From positions 1-54,804 of the forward strand of contig JAUSHV010000045.1 in NCBI GenBank assembly GCA_030648495.1: DNA of 54,804 bases, written 5' to 3'. The notes under the pieces are model-generated. The model saw nothing but the letters and a program-made list of their open reading frames with translations. It ran no database searches and was not told the origin of the DNA. The position numbers and the translations under genes were made by a program. The stretch is from a bacterium (GTDB lineage Bacteria; Patescibacteriota; Minisyncoccia; UBA11713; 2-01-FULL-45-33). This document shows, in pieces, positions 46,440-54,804 of the stretch. Position 1 is the stretch's first letter; every line of letters starts with the position of its first letter.

Positions 46440-46853
46440 TTAATTTCTTGCGACAAATCTTGTTCTAATAGGCAGTTTCGCCCCGGCCCTTCTTAGGGCT
46501 TCTTCTGCAACGTTCCGCTCGACTCCGTCCATTTCGAAAATAATACGTCCCGGAAGCACGGGGAAAACATAGCCTGCCACATCCCCCTTCCCTCCGCCCA
46601 TGGTTACCTCCGGCGGCTTGGCGGTTATCGGCTTATCCGGAAATATCCTTATCCAAACTTTTCCTCCTCTTTGGATATAATGCGTCATGGCTTTTCTCGC
46701 GGCCTCTATCTGTTTGGAATTTACCCAAAGCGCTTCTTCAGCTTTGAGGCCAAATGCGCCGAACGCTAAAGTCGTCCCACGAGTTTCCCGCAAGTTTCTT
46801 CGCGTGGCCATTCTCTGCCATTTTCTAAATTTTACTCTTTTTGGGTATAGCAT
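46440..46853 (-). CDS. rplP: 50S ribosomal protein L16 (start MLYPKR)
   Basis: QIEAAR, WIRIFPDKP, MGGGKG. Confidence 0.97.
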   Translation of the reverse strand: MLYPKRVKFRKWQRMATRRNLRETRGTTLAFGAFGLKAEEALWVNSKQIEAARKAMTHYIQRGGKVWIRIFPDKPITAKPPEVTMGGGKGDVAGYVFPVLPGRIIFEMDGVERNVAEEALRRAGAKLPIRTRFVARN

Positions 46854-47553
46854 AATGATTAAATATTTCTCCTCTATATATCCATACTTTAATGCCCAGG
46901 TCTCCATACGGCAAATGCGCACGCCCTTTCGCATAGTCAACATCCGCCCGCAATGTCTGCAAAGGCACCTGGCCATCTTTCAGCCACTCATAGCGCGCCA
47001 TCTCCGCTCCATCCAGCCGGCCGGATAAAGAAAGCTTGACTCCTTTTACTTCTTTTGCATTCATTATCTTGCCTAATGTTTGTTTCATCACGCGCCTGAA
47101 CGGCATTCTTTTTTCCAAATCCATCGCGATCTGCTCCACCATTATTTGCGCGTGCGCCTCGGGAATTTTCACTTCTTCCACGGTCAATTTCAAAGTCGGA
47201 GGTTTCTGCTCTTTTTTAATATCTTTTTTGGCATCTACCGCCGAGTTTTTGCCTGCCGATCTGTGCTTTTGTAAAAATACCGCCACTTCGGTTTGCAGTT
47301 TTGTAATACCTTCCCCGCCTCTTCCGATAATGAGTCCCGGACGGGCAGTCCTTATGATAATATTTAAAGCTGCGTTGGTGCGCTCTATTTCTATACCATC
47401 AACAAGAGTGCCTTTCAAGCGGATAGCCAAAAAATCGCGGAGCCTGACGTCTTCTTTTAATAATTTTGAAAAATCTTTTGCGTTAAACCAGCGCGACCTC
47501 CATGGCCGGATTATTGCCAATCTCATTGAATATGGATGTGAAGAATGACTCAT
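46825..47553 (-). CDS. rpsC: 30S ribosomal protein S3
   Basis: RPGLIIGRGG, SGRLDGAEMAR, PLQTLRADVDY. Confidence 0.97.
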   Translation of the reverse strand: MSHSSHPYSMRLAIIRPWRSRWFNAKDFSKLLKEDVRLRDFLAIRLKGTLVDGIEIERTNAALNIIIRTARPGLIIGRGGEGITKLQTEVAVFLQKHRSAGKNSAVDAKKDIKKEQKPPTLKLTVEEVKIPEAHAQIMVEQIAMDLEKRMPFRRVMKQTLGKIMNAKEVKGVKLSLSGRLDGAEMARYEWLKDGQVPLQTLRADVDYAKGRAHLPYGDLGIKVWIYRGEIFNHYAIPKKSKI

Positions 47554-47554
47554 A

Positions 47555-47887
47555 TTATTTTTCTACCAAAGTTATACTAATATGGCTCGTATGTTTGTGT
47601 ATCGGCGAAGCGGAACCGCGCGCTCTCGGCATTATTCTTTTTAAAACAGGCCCCTTATCCACGGCGATGCTTTTAACGAATAATTTTTCCTGGCCTATAT
47701 TAAAATTATTTTTTGCGTTGGATATTGCGGAGCGGAGAAGCTTTCCAACCGGCAACGCGCTTTTCTTGGACATAAATTTTAGCAACCGCTCGGCCTCGCG
47801 AACGGATTTTCCGCGGATAGAATCAGCCACCAGCCTAACTTTTCTGGGCGCAATCCGCAAATATCTAAGATGTGCTTTGTATTCCAT
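47555..47887 (-). CDS. rplV: 50S ribosomal protein L22
   Basis: APRKVRLVAD, PRARG, TSHI. Confidence 0.97.
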   Translation of the reverse strand: MEYKAHLRYLRIAPRKVRLVADSIRGKSVREAERLLKFMSKKSALPVGKLLRSAISNAKNNFNIGQEKLFVKSIAVDKGPVLKRIMPRARGSASPIHKHTSHISITLVEK

Positions 47888-47892
47888 ATTTT

Positions 47893-48228
47893 TTATTTTT
47901 TAGCCGGCACGGTTGCGGCTGCAGTTTTAGCTTTTTCTGCTTCGGCGGCCTGCATTTCCAATTCTTTCTGCATCTTGCCTCCATGTTTGGTAAATTTGCG
48001 CGTCGGAGAAAATTCTCCCAATTTATGTCCTACCATCTCTTCCGAAACACGCACCGGAATAAAATCCCGGCCGTTGTGAACTCCGAAAATAAATCCGACC
48101 ATCTCCGGGCTGATAGTCGAACGCCTGGACCAGGTCTTAATTACCGTTTGCGAGCCGGGCTTAAGCTTCTCAACTTTTTTGAGTAGTTTCGCATCTATGA
48201 ACGGACCTTTTTTTAAACTTCTCGGCAT
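47893..48228 (-). CDS. rpsS: 30S ribosomal protein S19
   Basis: [24 protein letters not shown]. Confidence 0.97.
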   Translation of the reverse strand: MPRSLKKGPFIDAKLLKKVEKLKPGSQTVIKTWSRRSTISPEMVGFIFGVHNGRDFIPVRVSEEMVGHKLGEFSPTRKFTKHGGKMQKELEMQAAEAEKAKTAAATVPAKK

Positions 48229-48241
48229 AAATTAATGATTT

Positions 48242-49072
48242 TTAGTTTTTAGTTCTGCGGCTAATAATTAATTTTGAGGAATATTTATTTTTATTGCGCG
48301 TCTTAACTCCGCGAGTTCCTCTGCCCCATTTATTTTTTGGTTTTCTGGTCCCCCTCATAGTGCGGCCCTCGCCTCCTCCGTACGGATGGTCGACGGGATT
48401 CATCGCGGAGCCTCTTACGGTCGGGCGGATTCCCATCCAGCGCGATCTTCCGGCTTTTCCGATAACAACAAGGTTGTTCTCAATATTTGAAACTTGGCCA
48501 AGCGAGCCCCAGGCATTTTCCGGAATTTTTCTTACTTCACCGGACGGAAGCTTAAGCTGTGCGTAGCCTCCATCATGTGCCAAAACTTCTGCAAAAGAAC
48601 CGGCCGAGCGCACAAGCGCCGCCTTTCCTTCGGCAGACAAAGAAATATTATATATCAAGGCTCCAACAGGAAGTTTCGAGAGCGGCAAGCGGTTACCGGG
48701 AAGCAAAGGTGCGTCCGCGCTCACCATAATTTCGCGCCCTACCCCGGCTCCATGCGGAAGAACCATGTAGCGTTTCTCACCGTCGCGGTAAGAAAGCAAG
48801 CCGATAAATGCCGTGCGCGACGGATCATATTCAACCGAAAGAACTTTGGCCGGAATATTTTTCTTATCCATATAAAAATCAACCTGGCGGATAAGCCTTT
48901 TTGCGCCTCCTCCTTTGTGGCGCGTGGTAATGCGCCCGCGGTTGTTGCGCCCGACCGCGCGGAACATCCCTGATACCAGAGATTTTTCGGGTTCAGTCCT
49001 CGTCAAAAACTCCCGGTAATTTATTCCTGTCATCTGCCTTCTTCCTGGTGAACGCGGTGCGTAAGTTTTCAT
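48242..49072 (-). CDS. rplB: 50S ribosomal protein L2
   Basis: GRNNRGRIT, EYDP, RPTVRGSAMNPVDHPYGGG. Confidence 0.98.
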   Translation of the reverse strand: MKTYAPRSPGRRQMTGINYREFLTRTEPEKSLVSGMFRAVGRNNRGRITTRHKGGGAKRLIRQVDFYMDKKNIPAKVLSVEYDPSRTAFIGLLSYRDGEKRYMVLPHGAGVGREIMVSADAPLLPGNRLPLSKLPVGALIYNISLSAEGKAALVRSAGSFAEVLAHDGGYAQLKLPSGEVRKIPENAWGSLGQVSNIENNLVVIGKAGRSRWMGIRPTVRGSAMNPVDHPYGGGEGRTMRGTRKPKNKWGRGTRGVKTRNKNKYSSKLIISRRTKN

Positions 49073-49075
49073 ATA

Positions 49076-49546
49076 TTAAAATTCGTTAATTAATTGTCCT
49101 TTTGCCAGCGTTATAATCGCTTTTTTAAAACCCGGTTTAGTTCCGAGCGTAGCCCCCCTTCTTCTTTGTTTTGAAGGCATATTTAAAATCTTTACATCTT
49201 CTACTTCTACGCCGTATCTATCACCGACCGCGCGCTTCAAATTTCCTTTGCTGGCACCGCGGGAAACCTTCAAAATATATTTTCCTTCTCCCAGCATCGT
49301 GGATTTCTCGGAAATATGTGGCCGAACTATTAGTGACCATGCGAGATCGCTAGTGTGCACTTTTTGCTTAGAAACTTGCGGCGCAGCAGATGAAGTTTCC
49401 TTCGCCGCGACCTCTTTGAAGTCCGGCTTCCCCGGGAAGTCGGACTTCTTCCCGGGCGCGGTGTTGTGCGGAGCTCTCTCCCTCCGCTTCGCGGAAGTTT
49501 CCTTCTTCCTAAATCCTCCCAACATTTGTGAAATTGAAAACGGCAT
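49076..49546 (-). CDS. rplW: 50S ribosomal protein L23 with N-terminal extension
   Basis: RPHISEKS...KKAIITL; about 65 extra N-terminal residues. Confidence 0.93.
   Translation of the reverse strand: MPFSISQMLGGFRKKETSAKRRERAPHNTAPGKKSDFPGKPDFKEVAAKETSSAAPQVSKQKVHTSDLAWSLIVRPHISEKSTMLGEGKYILKVSRGASKGNLKRAVGDRYGVEVEDVKILNMPSKQRRRGATLGTKPGFKKAIITLAKGQLINEF
49418..49448. repeat. REP-like hairpin inside the rplW extension
   Basis: GAAGTCCGGCTTCC-CCG-GGAAGTCGGACTTC, a 14-bp stem. Confidence 0.75.
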
Positions 49547-49551
49547 AAAGT

Positions 49552-50220
49552 TTATTTATTGCTTTCTTTAGCCTTATAAGTCTTATTTAATTCCTCCACG
49601 CTTGATTTATCAAGAAGCAAATATTTATTATGCAGAATCCCGGCAACGTTCAGATTGCGGGGCTCAACATAAGAAACATTCTGGAGATTCCGCGAAGCGC
49701 GCAAAACCTTCTCTTCTCTTGGAATCGCCAAAAGCGCCTTTCCGCCTTTCTCGCCCAACCTATAGACTTTCGCTTTGTCGCGCAAATTCTTAAAAACTGA
49801 AAAAACCTCTTTCGTTTTCGGTCTAGAAAGTCCAAAATTATCCACCAAAACCAATTCTTTGTCTTTTAATTTTCTTGAAAGCAAAGAGAACAGCGCCCCG
49901 CGTTTCATTTTTTTATTTATTTTGACGGAATAATCTCTTTCATTTCTTGGGCCATGCGAAACCCCTCCTCCAACCCACAACGGCGAGCGGATTGAGCCGT
50001 GACGCGCCCTGCCAGTGCCTTTTTGACGCCAAGGTTTTTTGCCGCCTCCCGCAACTTCGCCCCGCGTCTTAGTGTGCGCCCAAGGACGCCTTTTATTTGC
50101 CATTTCGCCGTCATACACTTGCTTTACCAAAGCCGCATTCCATTTCACGCCAAAAATACGCTCGGGCAATTCTACTGGCCCAACTTTTTCTCCTTTTAAA
50201 TTATATGTTTCTAATTGCAT
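49552..50220 (-). CDS. rplD: 50S ribosomal protein L4
   Basis: KPWRQKGTGRARHGS, GGGVSHGP. Confidence 0.98.
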   Translation of the reverse strand: MQLETYNLKGEKVGPVELPERIFGVKWNAALVKQVYDGEMANKRRPWAHTKTRGEVAGGGKKPWRQKGTGRARHGSIRSPLWVGGGVSHGPRNERDYSVKINKKMKRGALFSLLSRKLKDKELVLVDNFGLSRPKTKEVFSVFKNLRDKAKVYRLGEKGGKALLAIPREEKVLRASRNLQNVSYVEPRNLNVAGILHNKYLLLDKSSVEELNKTYKAKESNK

Positions 50221-50363
50221 AAAAATAAAACCGAGGTCGTTAGAGCCTCGGCCAAAAGCCTGCGGTCTTACAAACCTACATAAATCTCCTCCTTTCGAGG
50301 TTGTTATTTTGACTTCTCACAAGTTATTTGATGTTAGCATATGAGAAAAGGGCTTGCAAGCCC
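50221..50363 (-). promoter_or_regulatory. rplD leader: promoter, SD + ATG-TAG, terminator-like hairpin
   Basis: TTGCAA-17-TAACAT with extended TG; AAAGGAGGAGATTT-ATG-TAG; GGCCGAGG...CCTCGGTT-TTATTTTT immediately before the rplD ATG. Confidence 0.6.
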
Positions 50364-50370
50364 CCTTCTT

Positions 50371-50964
50371 TTATCCTCTTACTTCTACCAAGCTACCGCG
50401 ATGGCCAGGAATGGCACCGGAGATGGCCATGAGGTTTTTTTCTGGAATAATTTTTATGACTTTAAGATTTTTTACGGTTACCCTGTCTTGGCCCATTCTG
50501 CCACCCATGCGTTTGCCTTTCAAAACGCGCTGTGGCCAGACGGCCCCTATTGAGCCCGGTGCACGCTCGGAATGCTTTTGTCCGTGAGTCCTCGGGCCGC
50601 CGTGAAAGCCGTGGCGCTTAACAACCCCTTGGAAACCCTTTCCTTTTGAAGTGGCGCTAACTTCTATCTTGTCGCCTTCTGCAAATGTAGAAATCTCTAT
50701 TTTGTCTCCGACATTCAAAATATCTTCTGATTTGAATTCCTTGAAAACTTCAAAATTTCCAAGCTTTTTTTGAGGCTTTTTCATGTTTTTTTCTTTTTTG
50801 GAACCAAAACCAACCTGCACGGCGGTGTAGCCGTCTTTTTCTTTGGTTTTTGCTTGGGTAACAAAAATCGGGCCCGCCAAAAGCCAAGTAACGGGATGCA
50901 CTTTCCCCTTATCATCAAAAACCTGCGACATCTCAACTTTTTTTGCTAAAATGAATTTAGACAT
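50371..50964 (-). CDS. rplC: 50S ribosomal protein L3
   Basis: DGYTAVQVG, KGKGFQGVVKR, RAPGSIG. Confidence 0.98.
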   Translation of the reverse strand: MSKFILAKKVEMSQVFDDKGKVHPVTWLLAGPIFVTQAKTKEKDGYTAVQVGFGSKKEKNMKKPQKKLGNFEVFKEFKSEDILNVGDKIEISTFAEGDKIEVSATSKGKGFQGVVKRHGFHGGPRTHGQKHSERAPGSIGAVWPQRVLKGKRMGGRMGQDRVTVKNLKVIKIIPEKNLMAISGAIPGHRGSLVEVRG

Positions 50965-51007
50965 ATATTAATTATTCTTAGCATGCCGCTTATTTTTTGT
51001 CTATTTT

Positions 51008-51709
51008 TTAAACCGAATCCCTAAGTTTTGTAAGCTCAAACACCACGCCACCGCTGTTTTCAAAATCTTCTATCTCGTTTGTGCTAAAATCTGAATCTGC
51101 GTCAAAGTTATTAAGGACTTTCTTGTATGCGCCCCTTACCGACTCTGCCGGCGCAAATTCTTCTTGTATAATCAATTTTCCTCCTACGCGCAAAACCCTT
51201 TTTGCTTCTTTAATAAGATTTTCTTTTTCTCTCAAAATGTGTTTTTGTTTAGCTGCGAATCCGAGAAGCTCATCGTCTTTGACGTGTCCACTAATAACAT
51301 TGCCCATAAACACAATATCTACTTGTCCGTCTCGCAAAGGCAATTTTTGGCCATCTGCGTGTAATATTTCGCCTTTAATATCTTTTAATAAACATTTATC
51401 TAAAACTTTCTTTAAATCTAACAAATGACTTTTATCGACTTTTTCCCAATTATATTTATAGACATGACGAAAAAGATCTACGTTTCTATCTCCGGGCAAA
51501 TCAACTTCTACCAACTTGTCTCCGGCTTTAAGACTAAAAAGTGTTTCGTCTTTTCCGGCTTTGAATTTCATTTCTTTGCCGTCAGATTTTAGCCAATATA
51601 TCAATGGCCGATCTCCAGGTCCCACTTCAACAATTATTTGCTTTGGTTCTTTTTCTCGCTCTTCCGGAGAAAATGTGTTTTCTTTTATCATTGCCTTATA
51701 ATCATACAA
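51008..51709 (-). CDS. Class I SAM-dependent methyltransferase (start may be 51691)
   Basis: VEVGPG, ADGQKLPLRDGQVDIV, RVLRVGGKL. Confidence 0.8.
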   Translation of the reverse strand: MYDYKAMIKENTFSPEEREKEPKQIIVEVGPGDRPLIYWLKSDGKEMKFKAGKDETLFSLKAGDKLVEVDLPGDRNVDLFRHVYKYNWEKVDKSHLLDLKKVLDKCLLKDIKGEILHADGQKLPLRDGQVDIVFMGNVISGHVKDDELLGFAAKQKHILREKENLIKEAKRVLRVGGKLIIQEEFAPAESVRGAYKKVLNNFDADSDFSTNEIEDFENSGGVVFELTKLRDSV

Positions 51710-51711
51710 CC

Positions 51712-51741
51712 AAAAGCCGGAACTTTCCAGCTCCGGTTTTT
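51712..51741 (-). terminator. Hairpin terminator
   Basis: AAAAGCCGGA...TCCGGTTTTT. Confidence 0.6.
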
Positions 51742-51753
51742 GGCTTATTTATT

Positions 51754-51957
51754 CTATTTCTTGCTTGGTATCGCTAACATGTCCTCAAGATTTTGCATAC
51801 GTAATTTTAAGTCGCCGATTTCTCGGTCGTGCTTTTTAAGAATAAGATTCTCAATTCTGTCTAGGCGATCTTTTACTTCTACAAACTGCGTATCCATAGA
51901 ATCAAAGCCGCGTTTTATCATTCCGGCAAGGTCGTCAATTGCCACTTTAGATGCCAT
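51754..51957 (-). CDS. Small coiled-coil hypothetical protein
   Basis: IDDLAGMIKRGF...RLDRIEN; TAGTAT 6 nt upstream of the ATG. Confidence 0.75.
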   Translation of the reverse strand: MASKVAIDDLAGMIKRGFDSMDTQFVEVKDRLDRIENLILKKHDREIGDLKLRMQNLEDMLAIPSKK

Positions 51958-51975
51958 ATTTTTATACTAGCCGAA

Positions 51976-52341
51976 TTACATCTTTACCTCAATATCGACA
52001 CCGGCGGGCAAAGAAAGATTTGTCAGTGCGTCGATTATTTTTGGAGTTGGGTTTACGATATCGATTAGCCTTCTGTGCACACGCATCTCAAACTGTTCGC
52101 GGGCATTTTTGTGAACGAAAGAAGAACGGTTAACCGTATATTTTTTTATTTCCGTAGGCAATGGCACTGGCCCGTGGATTTCGGCGCCGTATCTTACGGC
52201 CGTATCCACTATCTGTTTAATGGAGACGTCTAAAATCTTATGGTCATACGCGCGAACGCGTATGCGGAGCTTTTGTTTTTCTTCCTCAGCCTTCGCTTTT
52301 TCAACCTTCACTTTCTCTTTAACTGATGCCTTAACCGGCAT
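51976..52341 (-). CDS. rpsJ: 30S ribosomal protein S10
   Basis: [27 protein letters not shown]. Confidence 0.98.
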   Translation of the reverse strand: MPVKASVKEKVKVEKAKAEEEKQKLRIRVRAYDHKILDVSIKQIVDTAVRYGAEIHGPVPLPTEIKKYTVNRSSFVHKNAREQFEMRVHRRLIDIVNPTPKIIDALTNLSLPAGVDIEVKM

Positions 52342-52344
52342 TTT

Positions 52345-53541
52345 TTATTTATTTATCTTGGTTACAACTCCCGCTCCGACCGTCCGGCCGCCTTCTCTTA
52401 TTGCGAATCGCAATTTATCTTCCATGGCAACTGGGGCAATGAGCTTTACATTGAATTTAATAGTGTCTCCTGGCATTACCATTTCAGTGCCTGTCGGCAA
52501 AGTTACTTCGCCGGTAACATCGGTTGTGCGGATGTAGAATTGAGGCTTGTAACCGGAGAAAAATGGAGTGTGACGCCCGCCTTCCTCTTTATTTAAGATA
52601 TAAACTTCTGCTTCAAATTCAGTGTGCGGAGTAATGGAGCCGGGCTTGGACAAAACCTGTCCACGCTCAACATCTTCTTTCTTTGTCCCGCGAAGGAGCA
52701 ACCCTGCATTGTCTCCGGCCATGCCTAGATCCAACTGTTTGTTAAACATTTCTATTCCTGTAACTACGGTCTTCGCAGTGTCTTTCAATCCGACTATCTC
52801 TACTTCTTCGTTCAATTTTACCTTTCCTCTTTCAATTCTTCCGGTTACCACAGTTCCACGTCCTTCAATAGAAAACACGTCTTCAACGGGCATCAAAAAT
52901 GGCTTATCAATATCACGAACAGGCTCGGGAATAAATTCGTCCAATTGCTTGGTCAATTCCAATATTGGTTTGGCCCATTCATCATCTTTTGATTTGGCTT
53001 CCAATGCTTTCAAGGCAGAGCCGCGGATAATCGGAGTTTTGTCTCCGGGATAATCATATTTTGTTAAAAGCTCCCGAATCTCGGTTTCTACCAAATCAAT
53101 AAGCTCTTTGTCGTCTACCATGTCTACTTTGTTCAAAAAGACAATTATAGCCGGCACTCCTACTTGACGTGCAAGCAGTATGTGTTCTCTTGTTTGAGGC
53201 ATCGGTCCATCAGTCGCCGCTACAACCAAAATTGCGCCGTCCATTTGAGCGGCTCCTGTAATCATATTTTTGATGTAGTCTGCGTGTCCGGGAGCGTCGA
53301 TGTGTGCGTAGTGCCTCTTGTTCGTCTCATATTCAGAGTGGTGAAGCGCGATAGTAATGCCACGCTGGCGCTCTTCAGGCGCGTTGTCGATATCTTCAAC
53401 CTTTTCAATTCTGGCTTTGTTGCCGTTTAGGTTAAGTACATTTAAAATTGCCGCTGTTAAAGTGGTTTTGCCGTGGTCAACGTGACCGATTGTGCCTACA
53501 TTAAGGTGAGGCTTTGTGCGTTCGAATTTCTCTGTTGCCAT
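52345..53541 (-). CDS. tuf: Elongation factor Tu
   Basis: [31 protein letters not shown]. Confidence 0.99.
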   Translation of the reverse strand: MATEKFERTKPHLNVGTIGHVDHGKTTLTAAILNVLNLNGNKARIEKVEDIDNAPEERQRGITIALHHSEYETNKRHYAHIDAPGHADYIKNMITGAAQMDGAILVVAATDGPMPQTREHILLARQVGVPAIIVFLNKVDMVDDKELIDLVETEIRELLTKYDYPGDKTPIIRGSALKALEAKSKDDEWAKPILELTKQLDEFIPEPVRDIDKPFLMPVEDVFSIEGRGTVVTGRIERGKVKLNEEVEIVGLKDTAKTVVTGIEMFNKQLDLGMAGDNAGLLLRGTKKEDVERGQVLSKPGSITPHTEFEAEVYILNKEEGGRHTPFFSGYKPQFYIRTTDVTGEVTLPTGTEMVMPGDTIKFNVKLIAPVAMEDKLRFAIREGGRTVGAGVVTKINK

Positions 53542-53600
53542 AGAATTATTAAAAATTATCGCTTATAAAAGCCAATACGCTGATTAAAGCGTATAGATAG

Positions 53601-53630
53601 TATGTTAAAGGATAGGGCTTTCGCTGTCAA
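53601..53630 (-). promoter_or_regulatory. tuf promoter
   Basis: TTGACA-17 nt-TAACAT. Confidence 0.7.
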
Positions 53631-53685
53631 CACCACACGGGTATTTGGGTATAAGCTGGGAATAAGGTGTGAAAAAAACCGCCCT

Positions 53686-54063
53686 TTATTGGGGCGGCGT
53701 AAGCGCATCGCAAGGAGAAGGATATTTATCCTCAATTGCATCCAAACTAGAAAAATGCCTATAGACATGCTCACCTCGATTCACGCGTAACCACGCATCT
53801 TCTAAAATTTTCCCGTTTTTTACCGCCTTCCTTTGGATAATGAACTCCTCTTTTATATCGCCTAAATAAAACAAAATCCATGCGACTGTCTGTTCCTGGT
53901 CCACATATACATATACTTGGAACTTGCCGCACAACAAAGAAGATTCTCTTTCTTTGAGAAAGTTTTCTTTTGGGGGTAGCTGTGGAACCGGGTAATCATC
54001 AGCAAGCGCGGCGCCCGCAGACAACATCGCACAAATCGCAATCGCAAAAATTAGCTCTTTCAT
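53686..54063 (-). CDS. Secreted hypothetical protein, paralog of 54060-54407
   Basis: Signal peptide (…GAALA), SD AAAGGAG, terminator CCGCCC...GGGCGG-T7. Confidence 0.75.
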   Translation of the reverse strand: MKELIFAIAICAMLSAGAALADDYPVPQLPPKENFLKERESSLLCGKFQVYVYVDQEQTVAWILFYLGDIKEEFIIQRKAVKNGKILEDAWLRVNRGEHVYRHFSSLDAIEDKYPSPCDALTPPQ

Positions 54064-54407
54064 TCTTGTGCTCCTTTCTCAATAATATCGCAGATATTAT
54101 GGTATTTGGCCTCAAATGCGTTGTCACCGTCATCATAGAATTCATCAAAGTGGCCATCCGAATCACGATCAACCCAAACTTTATCAGAATTTCTTTTACC
54201 GATCAACACCAATTTGCCGTTTATTGTGATTATGTACCAATCAGTAAAATCATACCAAACAGCTTTTCCGCATTTCCAATCATACTGCCCAATCTTATAA
54301 GCCGTCTCTCCGATCGGCAAATTCGGCACCGGAATATGATTTGCGCGGGCAATCGATGCATTAATAAGTAAAAAGCCTACCAACAAAAGACACAAAATGG
54401 TTTTCAT
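54060..54407 (-). CDS. Secreted hypothetical protein with a DxDxDG motif
   Basis: Signal peptide (…IARA), DRDSDGHFDE, promoter TTGACT-17-TAGGTT. Confidence 0.75.
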   Translation of the reverse strand: MKTILCLLLVGFLLINASIARANHIPVPNLPIGETAYKIGQYDWKCGKAVWYDFTDWYIITINGKLVLIGKRNSDKVWVDRDSDGHFDEFYDDGDNAFEAKYHNICDIIEKGAQE

Positions 54408-54507
54408 TTTTCCTACCTTTCTACTTCTCGCCCAAACCTAGCGCAACGTTAAAATACAGTCAAGACAAAAAGAAAAGCGGCGCTAAGTTCTGCGCCGCGT
54501 TGGATTC

Positions 54508-54717
54508 TTATTTTTTTGGTATCCAGTCGGTTTTCAACGGAGCGCCGGTTTTAACTTCGATATAATTACGTTCCTTTCCAACAGTCACATCAACTGTTGC
54601 GACATCCTTACTTATACGCACAGTAGTTATGTGTTGCAAAACGTCGCTAATTGTCACGATCGTACCGTCTTTAAGCTGAATTTCCCATTCGCCATCCAAT
54701 TGTATTGTTTTCATCAA
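54508..54717 (-). CDS. Small hypothetical protein
   Basis: Strong SD AAGGAGG; downstream hairpin GCGGCGC...GCGCCGC-TTTT. Confidence 0.65.
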   Translation of the reverse strand: MMKTIQLDGEWEIQLKDGTIVTISDVLQHITTVRISKDVATVDVTVGKERNYIEVKTGAPLKTDWIPKK

Positions 54718-54804
54718 GTGCCTCCTTCCTTTGTTTTTCCTAATCCATTCCTAGCACTACAGCGGCAAATCGTCAAGGCAAAAAGAAAAGCGGCTAAACT
54801 AGCC

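Noticed and set aside
47200..47270. Possible palindromic insert in the rpsC Lys-rich loop
   Set aside because: No convincing stem and no second copy in the window.

Overview
A 54.8-kb core-genome window from what is very likely a CPR/Patescibacteria (Parcubacteria-like) bacterium. This is inferred from standard code 11, no rpmD/L30 between rpsE and rplO, mostly SD-less starts and typical CPR hypotheticals. In order it carries: ileS (runs off the left edge, with an internal histidine-phosphatase domain), argS, thrC, a two-component cluster, tmRNA-smpB, infC-rpmI-rplT, a Zn/Mn ABC transporter, a RAYT-type Y1 transposase flanked by identical palindromes, polX, a long minus-strand run of nucleotide-salvage/competence genes, pgk-tpiA-galT, map-adk-secY, the spc/S10 ribosomal protein cluster and tuf. 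The most interesting signals are non-coding: (1) a ~435-nt heavily structured candidate RNA with its own sigma70-type promoter and terminator, divergent from polX, in which I recognise no known RNA family; (2) a ~95-nt multi-stem element in three copies with compensatory base changes, plus several short palindromes inserted in-frame in ileS, argS, comEC, tpiA and rplW; (3) a promoter + Shine-Dalgarno + ATG-TAG + terminator leader in front of rplD; (4) widespread leaderless promoter architecture, including an infC with no canonical start codon. All calls come from manual reading; no searches or folding programs were run.
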